Assembly: GCA_965223905.1 (NCBI GenBank)
Contig: CBDCXV010000001.1
Coordinates: forward strand, 256,001-320,000
DNA length: 64,000 nt
Source of the DNA: Candidatus Latescibacterota bacterium
Lineage (GTDB): Bacteria > Latescibacterota > UBA2968 > UBA8231
Direction of reading: 5' to 3'
Shown: piece by piece, positions 41,114 through 52,890 of the stretch
How the letters are laid out: each line of letters begins with the position of its first letter
Numbering within the stretch: the first letter of the stretch is position 1
Notes under the pieces: model-generated
The model's input: the letters and a program-made list of their open reading frames with translations, nothing else
The model's database searches: none
What the model was told of the DNA's origin: nothing
Made by a program: the position numbers and the translations under genes

Positions 41114-41250
41114 GCGGAGTTGCTGCGGGCCCTCACCAGCCGTAGAGAAAAACCCCCGGCCTGCGAAAAGCGAAGGAGATCGGGATTTGGTGTTGGGGTT
41201 TGGGTTGGGAAGTAAGGAAAGCCCAGCGGCTGGTACCCCCGGCTCCGGGG

Positions 41251-41733
41251 TTATTTCTCTTCAACCGGCATCAGGTCGGGCAGGGCTTGCCGGAACGCTT
41301 CGAGAAACTCGGTGGCGCGAGAATCTTCGGAGAAGAGAAACTCCAGGAAACTCAGCAGGCGGTCTCTCGCCTCCGAGCTGATCAGGTGCTCGACCTTGCA
41401 GGCGTCGATTTCGGCGTCGTCCTCGTCCATTCCCAGGCCCCGATACAGGAATTTCTGCACAACCAGTCGGGAGGCTTCGGTCTGCGAGACCACGACCATT
41501 CCCTTTTCCGTCAGTTCGAGGAAGCGGTTGTGATCCTCGGCAACGTACCCTCTTTCCTTGAGATGCTTCATCGCCGTCGAGACGCTGCCCTTGGTGATTT
41601 TCAGGTGCTGGGCGATGTCGGAGACGCGGGCGTAGCCGTGCTCCTCCCGCAGCTCGTGAACCGCCATCAGGTGGTGGGCGGCGCTGTGGGTGAGTTCGTT
41701 CTCCTCGTATCTCTTCCAGACGTCTTCGAACAT
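41251..41733 (-). CDS. DtxR/MntR family metal-dependent regulator
   Basis: ARVSDIA..L.ITKGSVS winged HTH, DACKVEHLIS metal site. Confidence 0.88.
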   Translation of the reverse strand: MFEDVWKRYEENELTHSAAHHLMAVHELREEHGYARVSDIAQHLKITKGSVSTAMKHLKERGYVAEDHNRFLELTEKGMVVVSQTEASRLVVQKFLYRGLGMDEDDAEIDACKVEHLISSEARDRLLSFLEFLFSEDSRATEFLEAFRQALPDLMPVEEK

Positions 41734-41773
41734 CGGATCGCGGCCTAGTCCATGCGCGAGGGAAGCGGCGCCA

Positions 41774-42778
41774 TCATTGAATCGCCGCCAATCGCAACAT
41801 CAGGTCTGCACATCGGTTGGCGTATCCCCACTCGTTGTCGTACCAACCGAGCACTTTCACGAGGGTACCGCCGACGACGATGGTGGACAGGGCGTCGAAT
41901 ATGCAGGATGCGGGATTGCCGATGATATCGGTCAATACAAGCGGTTCTTCGGAATATTCGAGGTATTCCTTCAGCGGTCCGGCGGCGGCGGCTCGGAATG
42001 CCACGTTTACCTCTGATGCCGAGGTCGGCCGTTCGACGACGGCTGTAAAGTCGGTCAACGAACCGTCGGGTGTGGGAACCCGGATGGAAAGGCCGTCCAG
42101 CTTGCCCCTCAGTTCCGGAATAACCTGTCCTACCGCGGCGGCGGCCCCGGTTGTTGTCGGGATCATGTTGATGCCGGCCCCGCGTGCCCGCCGCAGGTCT
42201 TTGTGGGGCTGATCGAGCACGCACTGGTCGTTGGTGTACGAGTGGATGGTATTCATCGTTCCACGAGCTATGCCGAAACGCTCGTGAAGCACTTTGACCA
42301 TCGGCGCCAGGCAGTTGGTCGTGCAGGAGGCGTTCGACACCACCCTGTGATCGGGGGAGAGATCTGCGTCGTTGACCCCCATCACGATTACCGCGTCGGC
42401 GTTCCTCGCCGGCGCCGATATGACGACCTTGCCCGCTCCAGCTTCCAGGTGAGCTGCCGCCTTGTCGCGGTTGTTGAAACGCCCCGTCGACTCGAAGGCG
42501 ATATCGATTCCCTTGGCACCCCAAGGCAGCTTTGCGGGCCGAGGTTCCCTCAACACCTCGATTTCCTGCCCGTTGACCACGAGGGCTTGGCCCTCGGCAT
42601 ACACCTCTCCCGGGAAGCGTCCGTGTGTGGAATCGTATTTCAGCAGGTGGGCCAGGGTTTCCGGATCCGCGAGATCATTGATGGCGCAGACCTCTACTCC
42701 GCGACGGGCGAAGGCGGCTTTGAGAACCAAGCGGCCGATACGGCCAAAGCCGTTGATGGCGATTCGGGTTTTTTCCAT
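41774..42778 (-). CDS. gap: Glyceraldehyde-3-phosphate dehydrogenase type I
   Basis: INGFGRIGR, SNASCTTNCL, WYDNEWGY. Confidence 0.98.
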   Translation of the reverse strand: MEKTRIAINGFGRIGRLVLKAAFARRGVEVCAINDLADPETLAHLLKYDSTHGRFPGEVYAEGQALVVNGQEIEVLREPRPAKLPWGAKGIDIAFESTGRFNNRDKAAAHLEAGAGKVVISAPARNADAVIVMGVNDADLSPDHRVVSNASCTTNCLAPMVKVLHERFGIARGTMNTIHSYTNDQCVLDQPHKDLRRARGAGINMIPTTTGAAAAVGQVIPELRGKLDGLSIRVPTPDGSLTDFTAVVERPTSASEVNVAFRAAAAGPLKEYLEYSEEPLVLTDIIGNPASCIFDALSTIVVGGTLVKVLGWYDNEWGYANRCADLMLRLAAIQ

Positions 42779-43034
42779 AGACGCGAACAGAGAACTGATG
42801 GCGCTAAAAAAAGACGCCCGCCGTGCCGCACTCCGTGACGGAGTTTTATATTCTCGGAAGGAATCTGGAAGGGCGGGGGAGTCGCCTGTCGGTGCACGAT
42901 TCTTGTCTTTTCGTAGGGTATATCCTAATGATAGCGCCGACGCCCGGCAACCCGAATCGAGGGATGCTGGAAGCGATTGTCAGCTACTGTCTCCGTTTCT
43001 ATCTTGTTGCCTTCATATCGTCACACGAAAGTTT

Positions 43035-43871
43035 ATGCTCGACACAACGCGTTTCGATTTCACTCATATAAACCAGTTCCGCAACGACGGATACACCTCG
43101 CTGCCCCAGCTGTTCACCGAGGGCGAAATTAAGGTCCTGCAGCGGGAAGTCGAGCGTTTCCGACAACTCGGTCTCGGCCGCAATGTTCGAACCGACGGAG
43201 ATGGAGAAACCCACTCGCAGGCGGAGACCAACTACCAGGTCATTCCGCTGTACGACAAGAGCGACCTGATTCGCGCCATGCCTTTCGAACCCAAGGTGCT
43301 CGATCTGGTCACGCAGTTGATCGGCAATCCTTTCCTTCTTCATCTCGATCAGCTCTTTCTGAAACCCGCCGGACGCGGCACTGGAACCGATTGGCATCAG
43401 GACAACGCCTACTTCAAGATCGCTGACCCGACGAAAGGAGTGGCGATGTGGGTGGCCCTCCACGATGCCACCATCGCCAACGGAACCCTGCATGTCATAC
43501 CCGGCAGTTTCCGCGAGCAGTACGACCATTTTCGCGATCCGTACAGCGACCACCACATCCACTGCCGCCCGCCAGAGGAGAGAGCTGTAGCGATCGAGGT
43601 ACCTGCAGGGGGAGCGGCTTTTTTTTGCTACGGCTGCGCTCACTGCACGAAAGACAACACCACGGACCGGGAACGGGCAGGTATCGCCTTCCACTTTCTG
43701 AATGCCGATTACGCCTCGCCCGATCTCCTGTCAGGAGAACGCGCCCGCCCCTTCCTCACCGGTCCCCGGGCGACAGGTGGGTTTAGGGAGTACGGCGTGA
43801 CCGTGGCCGGTACCTGGCCTGCCGAAGTGGCGCGCGTTTTGTCCGCCCCGGCCCGTCCCCGGACTGCGTGA
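43035..43871 (+). CDS. PhyH family dioxygenase
   Basis: WHQDNAY, WVALHDAT.ANG, HCT..N...ER. Confidence 0.88.
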   Translation: MLDTTRFDFTHINQFRNDGYTSLPQLFTEGEIKVLQREVERFRQLGLGRNVRTDGDGETHSQAETNYQVIPLYDKSDLIRAMPFEPKVLDLVTQLIGNPFLLHLDQLFLKPAGRGTGTDWHQDNAYFKIADPTKGVAMWVALHDATIANGTLHVIPGSFREQYDHFRDPYSDHHIHCRPPEERAVAIEVPAGGAAFFCYGCAHCTKDNTTDRERAGIAFHFLNADYASPDLLSGERARPFLTGPRATGGFREYGVTVAGTWPAEVARVLSAPARPRTA

Positions 43872-43877
43872 AAGTTC

Positions 43878-44948
43878 ATGAGGCGCTTCTCTCCCGACGC
43901 CCTTCACAGAATCGGTTGCGAACTGTTCCAGGCTGCCGGTTGCTCCGCCGAAGACGCCGAGACAGTCGTCGATCACCTGATCGAGTCGAACCTGTTCGGC
44001 CAGGACGCACACGGAACGTTGCGCTATTACGAGTATGTGGAAAAAATCCTCGAGGGAACCTTCGATCCGAATGGAAAGCCGACCATTCTGCAGGACAGGG
44101 GGTGCACCGCCCTGATCGATGGAGGGGGGGGATTTGGCCAGGTATCGGGACGACTCGCTATCGAGGTGGCTACCGCCAAGGCTCGAGAGCACGGCGTCGG
44201 AGTCGTCGGACTGCGAAACACCAGTCACGTCGGCCGCGCGGGAGCCTACCCGCTAGCTGCTGCACGGGCAGGATTCGTAGCCCTCGTGTTCGTCAACGCA
44301 GGTCGTCTCGGTCGCCAGATCGCCCCTTTCGGGGGTATCGACGGCAAGCTTAGCACCAACCCGATCGCCTTCGCGGCGCCTCGGCCGCAGGGCGAACCGA
44401 TTCTCGTCGACATGACCACCTCCGTCGTTGCCGAGGGAAAAATCCGCATGGCCCATAACAAAGGTGAGCCGGTCCCGGAGGGCTGGATCATCGACAGCGA
44501 GGGAAACCCGACCACCGACCCGAACGATTTTCTTGGTGATCCGCCGGGTGCCATGCTTCCGCTCGGCGGCCCGGTCGGATATAAAGGGTACGGTTTGGGG
44601 CTGATCGTCGAGCTGATGGGCGGACTGTTGGGAGGAGAGGGCACGGCGTCGGGTGAGCGCAGCTTCAAAAGCAACGGCGTGCTCTTCACCGCTTACGACC
44701 CGGGTTTCTTCGCCGACGAGGCGACCTACGAACGGGAGATCGAGAACCTCATTCGACACGTTACATCGAGCCGCACCGACCCGCGCTTCGGCGAAGTGCT
44801 GCTACCCGGGGAACTGGAGTTTCGCACCTCGGCGCAGCGGCGTGTTGAGGGCATCGCCGTCGACGACGGCACCTGGCAGCGGATCGCCGATGCTGCCCGG
44901 CGTGTCGACCTCGACCCGGAGCTGTGGGAAACCGACGTCCTCCCCTGA
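43878..44948 (+). CDS. Ldh_2 family (malate/lactate/ureidoglycolate) oxidoreductase
   Basis: G.DAHG, SHVGR, STNPIAF, DMTTS, GYKGYGL, LPGE. Confidence 0.92.
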   Translation: MRRFSPDALHRIGCELFQAAGCSAEDAETVVDHLIESNLFGQDAHGTLRYYEYVEKILEGTFDPNGKPTILQDRGCTALIDGGGGFGQVSGRLAIEVATAKAREHGVGVVGLRNTSHVGRAGAYPLAAARAGFVALVFVNAGRLGRQIAPFGGIDGKLSTNPIAFAAPRPQGEPILVDMTTSVVAEGKIRMAHNKGEPVPEGWIIDSEGNPTTDPNDFLGDPPGAMLPLGGPVGYKGYGLGLIVELMGGLLGGEGTASGERSFKSNGVLFTAYDPGFFADEATYEREIENLIRHVTSSRTDPRFGEVLLPGELEFRTSAQRRVEGIAVDDGTWQRIADAARRVDLDPELWETDVLP

Positions 44949-45239
44949 CCGCACGAATGCCCGGCGAGTGCCGCTGAAGTCGTTCCGTCTTTGGCTGACG
45001 ACTGTTCGGTTCTCTTCAGGTACTCTGCAAGCCTCGATTGATGCTTCAGTTACGTACTCGTAGCCGCCAGCATTCAGGTCGCGCCGGATTTCTATATATC
45101 GTCGGCCAATCACACTTCACGACCGTGTCCTGCAACAGCAGCCCACCTGCATTGAGCGAAGGTACATGCCTCGAAGGCCGAGAAATCCGGAGAGCAGTAG
45201 AGAGAGGAAGATCCGCACTACACAAGCTCGATCAGGAAA

Positions 45240-45338
45240 TGGCGGGAACGTGTGGGAATCGAACCCACCCGGCGCCACTTTCGCGGCACCGCTACGGATT
45301 TGAAGTCCGCGGGGGCCACCAGGCTCCCATCCGCTCCC
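45240..45338 (-). tRNA. selC: tRNA-Sec (anticodon UCA)
   Basis: 99 nt; anticodon arm GCGGA-CTTCAAA-TCCGT, long variable arm, GGTTCGATTCC T-loop, encoded CCA. Confidence 0.93.
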
Positions 45339-45369
45339 TTCGGAGTTCAGCAAGCCGGCGTCCACCCGG

Positions 45370-46242
45370 CTAGAACCTGGAAGCAGGATTGCCCCCCGCA
45401 GCTCCCAGCGTGGTTGCCGGGAGCTGTGGGTACTCGAAGGGCAGTTCCCAGCGCAGGCGCCTTTCCGGTTCTTCACCCAGGTTTTCGATCACCAAATCGA
45501 GATGGCGCGTTTTTGCATCGACGATCGGACTGCGGCGGTCCGCTTTTCTATTTGGAAAAAACAGACGGAAAACGACCTTGCCTTCGAGAACGGGTTTCTT
45601 TGGTCTGTCGAACTCGTACGGGTATGGCCCGGCCTGCCCACTCGGGGCGTAGCGGTTGCCCTCTTGATCGGCCAGAAACACGCGACTCCCGATATCGTCT
45701 ATGCGGGGCGACAGGTCGGACTCGCTGTTGTCCAGGTAGATGTAGAATACAAAACGGCTGTAGAGCATCGGGCCCCAGCGCTGGTCGTATCGATGCCGGA
45801 GCAAAGGGTACTTGTGGTCGTACACCTCCCCCAACAACCGTCGCACGTACTCGGCCCGCCAGTTGTCGAACACTTTCTTTTCAATCGGGTTGCTCGCGTC
45901 GAACGAGCGATTCACGTAGACGAGGTACTGATAATAGAGGCTGTTTATGTCGGTGCCGTCCTGAAACGGATAATGGCCATCCACGTACTGGTAAATGAAC
46001 TCTCGAAACCGACTCAGGAGCTGTTCCTGATCGAGACCATCCTGCTCGGCTTTTGCGTACAAGCTGACGATCTCGTACGCGAAAGTGCGCATCGTCGCCT
46101 GTACGAAGATTCCGTCGCTACCGGTATGGCTTCGGTTGACGATTCGCCACACCTGCTGTTCTACCCGCTCGAATGGTCCCGGCTCTTTGTCCGGGACGCA
46201 GGCGACGAACAGCAAGCACAGGATCGATTGCACTGCGCTCAC
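45370..46242 (-). CDS. Hypothetical lipoprotein
   Basis: Lipobox-like LLFVAC; long coding-like ORF; start uncertain (46242 or 46329). Confidence 0.65.
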   Translation of the reverse strand: MSAVQSILCLLFVACVPDKEPGPFERVEQQVWRIVNRSHTGSDGIFVQATMRTFAYEIVSLYAKAEQDGLDQEQLLSRFREFIYQYVDGHYPFQDGTDINSLYYQYLVYVNRSFDASNPIEKKVFDNWRAEYVRRLLGEVYDHKYPLLRHRYDQRWGPMLYSRFVFYIYLDNSESDLSPRIDDIGSRVFLADQEGNRYAPSGQAGPYPYEFDRPKKPVLEGKVVFRLFFPNRKADRRSPIVDAKTRHLDLVIENLGEEPERRLRWELPFEYPQLPATTLGAAGGNPASRF

Positions 46243-46350
46243 ACGGTACTTCGACGTTGCGCCGGTTCCCGGTGGCGAAAGTCTCTTGGAAGGGGAGGAC
46301 CGGCTGTAACCCAATTGACCTTTTGTCACGGAAGCCGGGAAAGTTTGGTG

Positions 46351-46794
46351 CTACTCTTTCACGACCCAAAGCTTGACTGTCGCCGCTGCCTCCGGGTGTA
46401 GATTCACTTTCACATTGTAGACACCCAGAGCCCGGATCGGTTCATCGAGCTCGATCATGCGGCGGTCGATCTCGTACCCCTGCTCCCCGAGCAGATCGAC
46501 GATATTCTGGGAAGTCACCGATCCGAACATCTGCTCGCCTTCCCCTATCTTGACCTGAGCCGTCAGGGAAGCCTGCTCGAGCTGCTTGGCCAAGCCTGCG
46601 GCGCTGCGCTGTTCCCGTTCTGCCGCCGCTTCGTGCTGGCGTCTCCGGGTTTCGAATTGAGCAACATTGGCGTCCGTAGCCAACAACGCCTGGTTTTTTG
46701 GAATCAGGTAATTTCGTCCGAATCCATCACTGACCTGAACAATCTCGCCGGCAGTACCGACCCGGTCCACGTCCTTGAGAAGTATGACTTTCAC
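46351..46794 (-). CDS. rplI: 50S ribosomal protein L9
   Basis: MKVILLKDV..G..G..V.V.DGFGRNYLIP, FGSVT. Confidence 0.97.
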   Translation of the reverse strand: MKVILLKDVDRVGTAGEIVQVSDGFGRNYLIPKNQALLATDANVAQFETRRRQHEAAAEREQRSAAGLAKQLEQASLTAQVKIGEGEQMFGSVTSQNIVDLLGEQGYEIDRRMIELDEPIRALGVYNVKVNLHPEAAATVKLWVVKE

Positions 46795-46795
46795 T

Positions 46796-47632
46796 CTATT
46801 CCACCTCCTCCTGTTCCTGCGATTGGCGACGCCCCAAGCGTCGCCAATCGAACCATGTATCCATCAATCCCACACCTGCCAGTATCAAACCTGACCATCC
46901 CGTAATCAACGCTATGATGTAGATAACGAACTCCAGGGTTCGCGCAACCTGCATTCGCCATAGATAGTAGCGCGCCACCGAAAAGCCCTGAACAGCGTAC
47001 AACACGAGCGCCACCACTACGATGTTGACCGCCAGTGTATTCAATACCCCATCCCCGGCCAGCAACCACAGTGCCATTCCTCCGACAAGGATCCAGATCA
47101 TCTGTTCCCAGAGCCGCCACTCGCGCATCGGCGGTGGGGCGGGAAGCGCGACAACACCAGTCCAGAGACCCAGGTAGCGGCCCAGCGCGTAGCCGAGGAC
47201 GAGCTTCAGGAGAACGTACAACACAGCGGCACTTGGTTGCAGAAGGACGAACAGGCGAACCAGATCCTCGATCGCGCCCTGCGCGGTCAACGCCGAAAGC
47301 TCGGAGTCCTTTAACTGCCGCAGTTGCTCCTCGCCGATCTGGTCGGGCGTCATCGCCTCGCCGTGCAATGCTCCAACCAGGTACAAACCATATAGCAAGC
47401 CCGGCATGGAGGCGGTTGCTATCACCAAGCCGTAGGTTCTTCCCTTGGCTGTCTGTGCCGCGGCCAGTACCCCGGCTACCGGGGCGAGGGTGACGACCGG
47501 GTCCCATTCCAAAATCCCGGCCATGACTGCGACCGCCGGCAACGCTGCGGCCACCCCAACGACTGTCAAGCCGAAGCGAAAACAGGCTACCAGCGTCCCC
47601 GCCGTCAGTGCCAAACTCGCGAGGAGCAGCAC
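46796..47632 (-). CDS. DUF2232/YybS family membrane protein
   Basis: Multi-TM, QGFS, GLMDTWFDWRR; conserved position before rplI. Confidence 0.8.
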   Translation of the reverse strand: MLLLASLALTAGTLVACFRFGLTVVGVAAALPAVAVMAGILEWDPVVTLAPVAGVLAAAQTAKGRTYGLVIATASMPGLLYGLYLVGALHGEAMTPDQIGEEQLRQLKDSELSALTAQGAIEDLVRLFVLLQPSAAVLYVLLKLVLGYALGRYLGLWTGVVALPAPPPMREWRLWEQMIWILVGGMALWLLAGDGVLNTLAVNIVVVALVLYAVQGFSVARYYLWRMQVARTLEFVIYIIALITGWSGLILAGVGLMDTWFDWRRLGRRQSQEQEEVE

Positions 47633-47680
47633 CGCTATGGACCTTTGCTTCCGGAAACGGTTGCGGAGTTGCCGTCTCGC

Positions 47681-48247
47681 CTAACCGCTCTCCGCCGGCT
47701 GTCCATCGGCCGCATCCACTTCGGCGACGGTTTCGACCGCCGGTTCCGGACCTGCCACTCCCTTCTCCTCTTCCGCTGGCTTGTCCCGGGTTTGGACTTC
47801 TCCCTCTTCCCGGGATGTGGCCGGTGCCGGACCGCGTCGCTCGCTCCCGTCGCGGTCGCGGCGGCCGCGGCCAAAACGCGGCCCTCCGCGGTCTTCCCGG
47901 GTGTAGATGTAGACGTTCTCGGGAGCGAGCTGCGGCACCCGTAGAAACTCCCCGGTAACGGCGACGACCAGGTGCCGCAGCACGGAATCGTCGAGCTTGA
48001 GCCCTTGCTGAATCTGGTCAACCAACCCGGTTTCCGCCGTGAACTGGAAAAGCGCAAAGTACCCCTGTTGCCGCCTCTTGAATCCGACGGAGCTGTAGGC
48101 GAGCTTGCGCAGTCCCCAGCGATCCACCGCGGCGACCACTGCTCCACCGGATTTCAGCAGACCTTCGTATTTCTCAACCAGTGCTTCGAATCCGCTGTCT
48201 CCTGCCTGCGGATCGAAGACACAGGTCAGTTCGTATTTCCTTGTCAT
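47681..48247 (-). CDS. rpsF: 30S ribosomal protein S6 with long C-terminal extension
   Basis: RKYE, WGLRKLAY, GYF, VLRHL. Confidence 0.92.
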   Translation of the reverse strand: MTRKYELTCVFDPQAGDSGFEALVEKYEGLLKSGGAVVAAVDRWGLRKLAYSSVGFKRRQQGYFALFQFTAETGLVDQIQQGLKLDDSVLRHLVVAVTGEFLRVPQLAPENVYIYTREDRGGPRFGRGRRDRDGSERRGPAPATSREEGEVQTRDKPAEEEKGVAGPEPAVETVAEVDAADGQPAESG

Positions 48248-48290
48248 GACATCACCGCTTTCTTGGCTCTGCTCTTTTTGGCGTCGTTTC

Positions 48291-50348
<2,058 letters not shown>

Positions 50349-50395
50349 AGACTTCCCGACTCCGAAAATTGAGTAAGCCCTGACAGCCGCCGTTT

Positions 50396-50995
50396 CTACA
50401 GCAGTGGGCAACCGTTGAACCGATTCATCGCCAAGTCCAACCCGTCCCTCACACAGCTCTCGACGGCGCTACAGCCTCGATCGACGAGGGCGGCTACTGG
50501 TTCGTCGCGGGCGAATTCCGTCAGCACGAAATCGATGTCGTCCTCACTGGTGACCGGACCGATTCCGAGCCGCAACCGGGGAACTGTCTCCGTCCCCAAT
50601 GCTCCCAGGACGGAAGCCAGGCCGTTATGCCCTCCGTCGCCGCCTCCACGCCGCAAGCGAATCCGCGAAAACGGCAAGGTGAAGTCGTCGCAAACGACCA
50701 GCACCTGCCCGGGATCGAAGGTTTCTTGCCGCCGCAACGCCGATACAGCATCGCCGCTCCGGTTCATGTAGGTTTGCGGCTTTACCAGGGTGACCTCCCT
50801 GGTGCCCATCCCGATCCGCGCCGTTTCGCTGGCCGACCCAGACAGCCATCGTCCGGCCAAGTCGGAGACCAAGCGGTCGAGAACCACGAATCCGACGTTG
50901 TGCCGGGTGGCCTCGTATCGCGGCCCCGGATTTCCCAGCCCGACCACGATACGGATTTGGGCTTCGGGGGAATCAGGAGTCGTCGTCCTCTCCAT
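50396..50995 (-). CDS. pth: Peptidyl-tRNA hydrolase
   Basis: VGLGNPG..Y..TRHNVGF, KPQTYMN.SG, GGHNGL. Confidence 0.96.
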   Translation of the reverse strand: MERTTTPDSPEAQIRIVVGLGNPGPRYEATRHNVGFVVLDRLVSDLAGRWLSGSASETARIGMGTREVTLVKPQTYMNRSGDAVSALRRQETFDPGQVLVVCDDFTLPFSRIRLRRGGGDGGHNGLASVLGALGTETVPRLRLGIGPVTSEDDIDFVLTEFARDEPVAALVDRGCSAVESCVRDGLDLAMNRFNGCPLL

Positions 50996-51668
50996 CCGCC
51001 TGGTCGCTCTCCCCGTCTTCCAGAGCTTCGCCTTCGAGCGGCTCCTCGTCCTCGACGGGCTGCTCTTCGTCGATCGTCAGGCGTGGGGACAGCACGCTGA
51101 CTATGGTGATGGCGGGATCCGTCGTGATCCGGCTGTCCTGTTCCAGGAGATCGCTTACGTGAATGTTGCTACCTATCTCGAGTTCGGAGATGTCGATCTC
51201 GACACGGGATGGCAATTCCGAAGCCAGGCAAACCATTTCCAGTCGCTGCAGGGAATGCTGCACGGCGCCACCCCCGACATGCACCCCTACCGGTACCCCC
51301 AGCGTGGAAATCGGCACCTCGACACGCAGGTGTTCTTCCGGATCGATCCTCAGCATGTCGACGTGCAGTATGTCCCCTGTGACTTTGTGATACTGGATCT
51401 CGCGGACCACGGCCTGGCCACCGGTCCCGTTGCCGCTCATCTGCAACAGAAAGACGGCGTTCTGTCCACCCTTGCTCAGTGCACGTTCGAGAGAGAGGGT
51501 CTCGACCTTGAAAGGTACCGGATCCTGGTTATGGCCGTAGACGATTCCGGGGAGCTTTCCGGCCTCCCGCCGCAACCGACCAACGGGACCCTTGCCGTTC
51601 TCGATTCGCTCCTCGATATCCAGCTCGATTTCGTCGCGCCGATAAATCTGCATCTTGACGGCAGGCAT
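50973..51668 (-). CDS. rplY: 50S ribosomal protein L25/CTC
   Basis: RLRR.G..PGIVYG, Q.H.V...ILHVD, acidic tail. Confidence 0.95.
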   Translation of the reverse strand: MPAVKMQIYRRDEIELDIEERIENGKGPVGRLRREAGKLPGIVYGHNQDPVPFKVETLSLERALSKGGQNAVFLLQMSGNGTGGQAVVREIQYHKVTGDILHVDMLRIDPEEHLRVEVPISTLGVPVGVHVGGGAVQHSLQRLEMVCLASELPSRVEIDISELEIGSNIHVSDLLEQDSRITTDPAITIVSVLSPRLTIDEEQPVEDEEPLEGEALEDGESDQADGEDDDS

Positions 51669-51739
51669 GGATCACTTCTCCCCGGCTAGTTTTTTTCGTC
51701 CGGGTCGCATCCAACCCGGCACTTGCTACTTGTAATTTT

Positions 51740-51814
51740 TGGCTGCCCGGCGAGGACTTGAACCTCGATAGACGGAACCAAAATCCGTTGTCCTACCAAT
51801 TGAACGACCGGGCA
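51740..51814 (-). tRNA. tRNA-Gln (anticodon UUG)
   Basis: 75-nt cloverleaf; ACGGA-TTTTGGT-TCCGT anticodon arm, GGTTCAAGTCC, CCA. Confidence 0.95.
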
Positions 51815-51894
51815 GCAAATTGCGGTTTACTTTCGCAGACTCGAACCAGCAGACGTGGGACTCGGGGGCTCGTCACGGATCTGTGTCTCAGCCA

Positions 51895-52779
51895 CTATTC
51901 CCTGGTCCTGCAATGAAAAGACCGGATGCCCTTCGCCGTCAGCTGCGAATGAGCCGACGCGGCGGCGGTCCGGTCGTCGAATATGCCGTATACGGCGGAG
52001 CCGCTGCCGGTCAGGGATGCGATTGCGGCCCCCGCGGCCAGCAGTTGCTCTCTGGTTTCTGCGACGATGGGTTTGGCTCGTTCGACGATCGGCTGGAAGT
52101 CGTTCTCGATCAACTCAACCAAGCGATCAGCATCGACGCGCCCGCCGCCAAGCGAACCGACAAATCTAGCGTAAGCAGAAATAGGTGTCAATTTGCTGCA
52201 GCGCAGCTGTGCGAACGCCCACGCTGTATCGATCGCCACCCCGGGATAGGCGATGACGTACACGAACCGTTCGCAGGAAACCGGCTCGACGATATCACCG
52301 CGCCCCCGCATCACGGCGGTTCCCCCGCGGACGAGGAAGGGGACATCCGACCCGAGCGAAGCCCCCCAGGTGGCCAGGGTATCGATGCTGAGCTGAGCCC
52401 CGGTGATCGCGGCCATCGCCCGGAGTACTGCCGCGGCATCAGCGCTGCCGCCGCCGAGGCCGGCGCCAACCGGGATCCTCTTTTCGAGATGAATGTGTAC
52501 AGGCCGGTTATTCCCCTTCATCTGCTCGCGGCACAGCCTTAGGGCGCGCATCACCAGGTTGTCGTCGTTCGCCAGCTCCGAAGCGGAACAACTCATTCCG
52601 TCAGAAGAGGCAGCGAAAAACTCCAGCCGGTCGCTGAGATCGACCGTTTGACAGATACTGACCAAGTCGTGGAAGCCATCCTCCCGCGTGCCGAGGATCT
52701 TCAAACCCAGGTTGACCTTGGCATACGCCATTTCCACGAAAAGCGGGTCCTGTCCGGTTTCTCCGGGGTCGCGGATCAC
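51895..52779 (-). CDS. ispE: 4-diphosphocytidyl-2-C-methyl-D-erythritol kinase
   Basis: AKVNL.L, KRIPVGAGLGGGSADAA, GSDVPF, LTGSGS; GGAGG RBS before GTG 52779. Confidence 0.95.
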   Translation of the reverse strand: MIRDPGETGQDPLFVEMAYAKVNLGLKILGTREDGFHDLVSICQTVDLSDRLEFFAASSDGMSCSASELANDDNLVMRALRLCREQMKGNNRPVHIHLEKRIPVGAGLGGGSADAAAVLRAMAAITGAQLSIDTLATWGASLGSDVPFLVRGGTAVMRGRGDIVEPVSCERFVYVIAYPGVAIDTAWAFAQLRCSKLTPISAYARFVGSLGGGRVDADRLVELIENDFQPIVERAKPIVAETREQLLAAGAAIASLTGSGSAVYGIFDDRTAAASAHSQLTAKGIRSFHCRTRE

Positions 52780-52890
52780 AATGCTTGACCTCCACATATA
52801 CGATCCATATAATCCGAAATTCTCCTGATTAAAGTATGTCCATTCCCCTGACCGACATTCTACCGGTTCCATAAAGAACCACACAACCTA

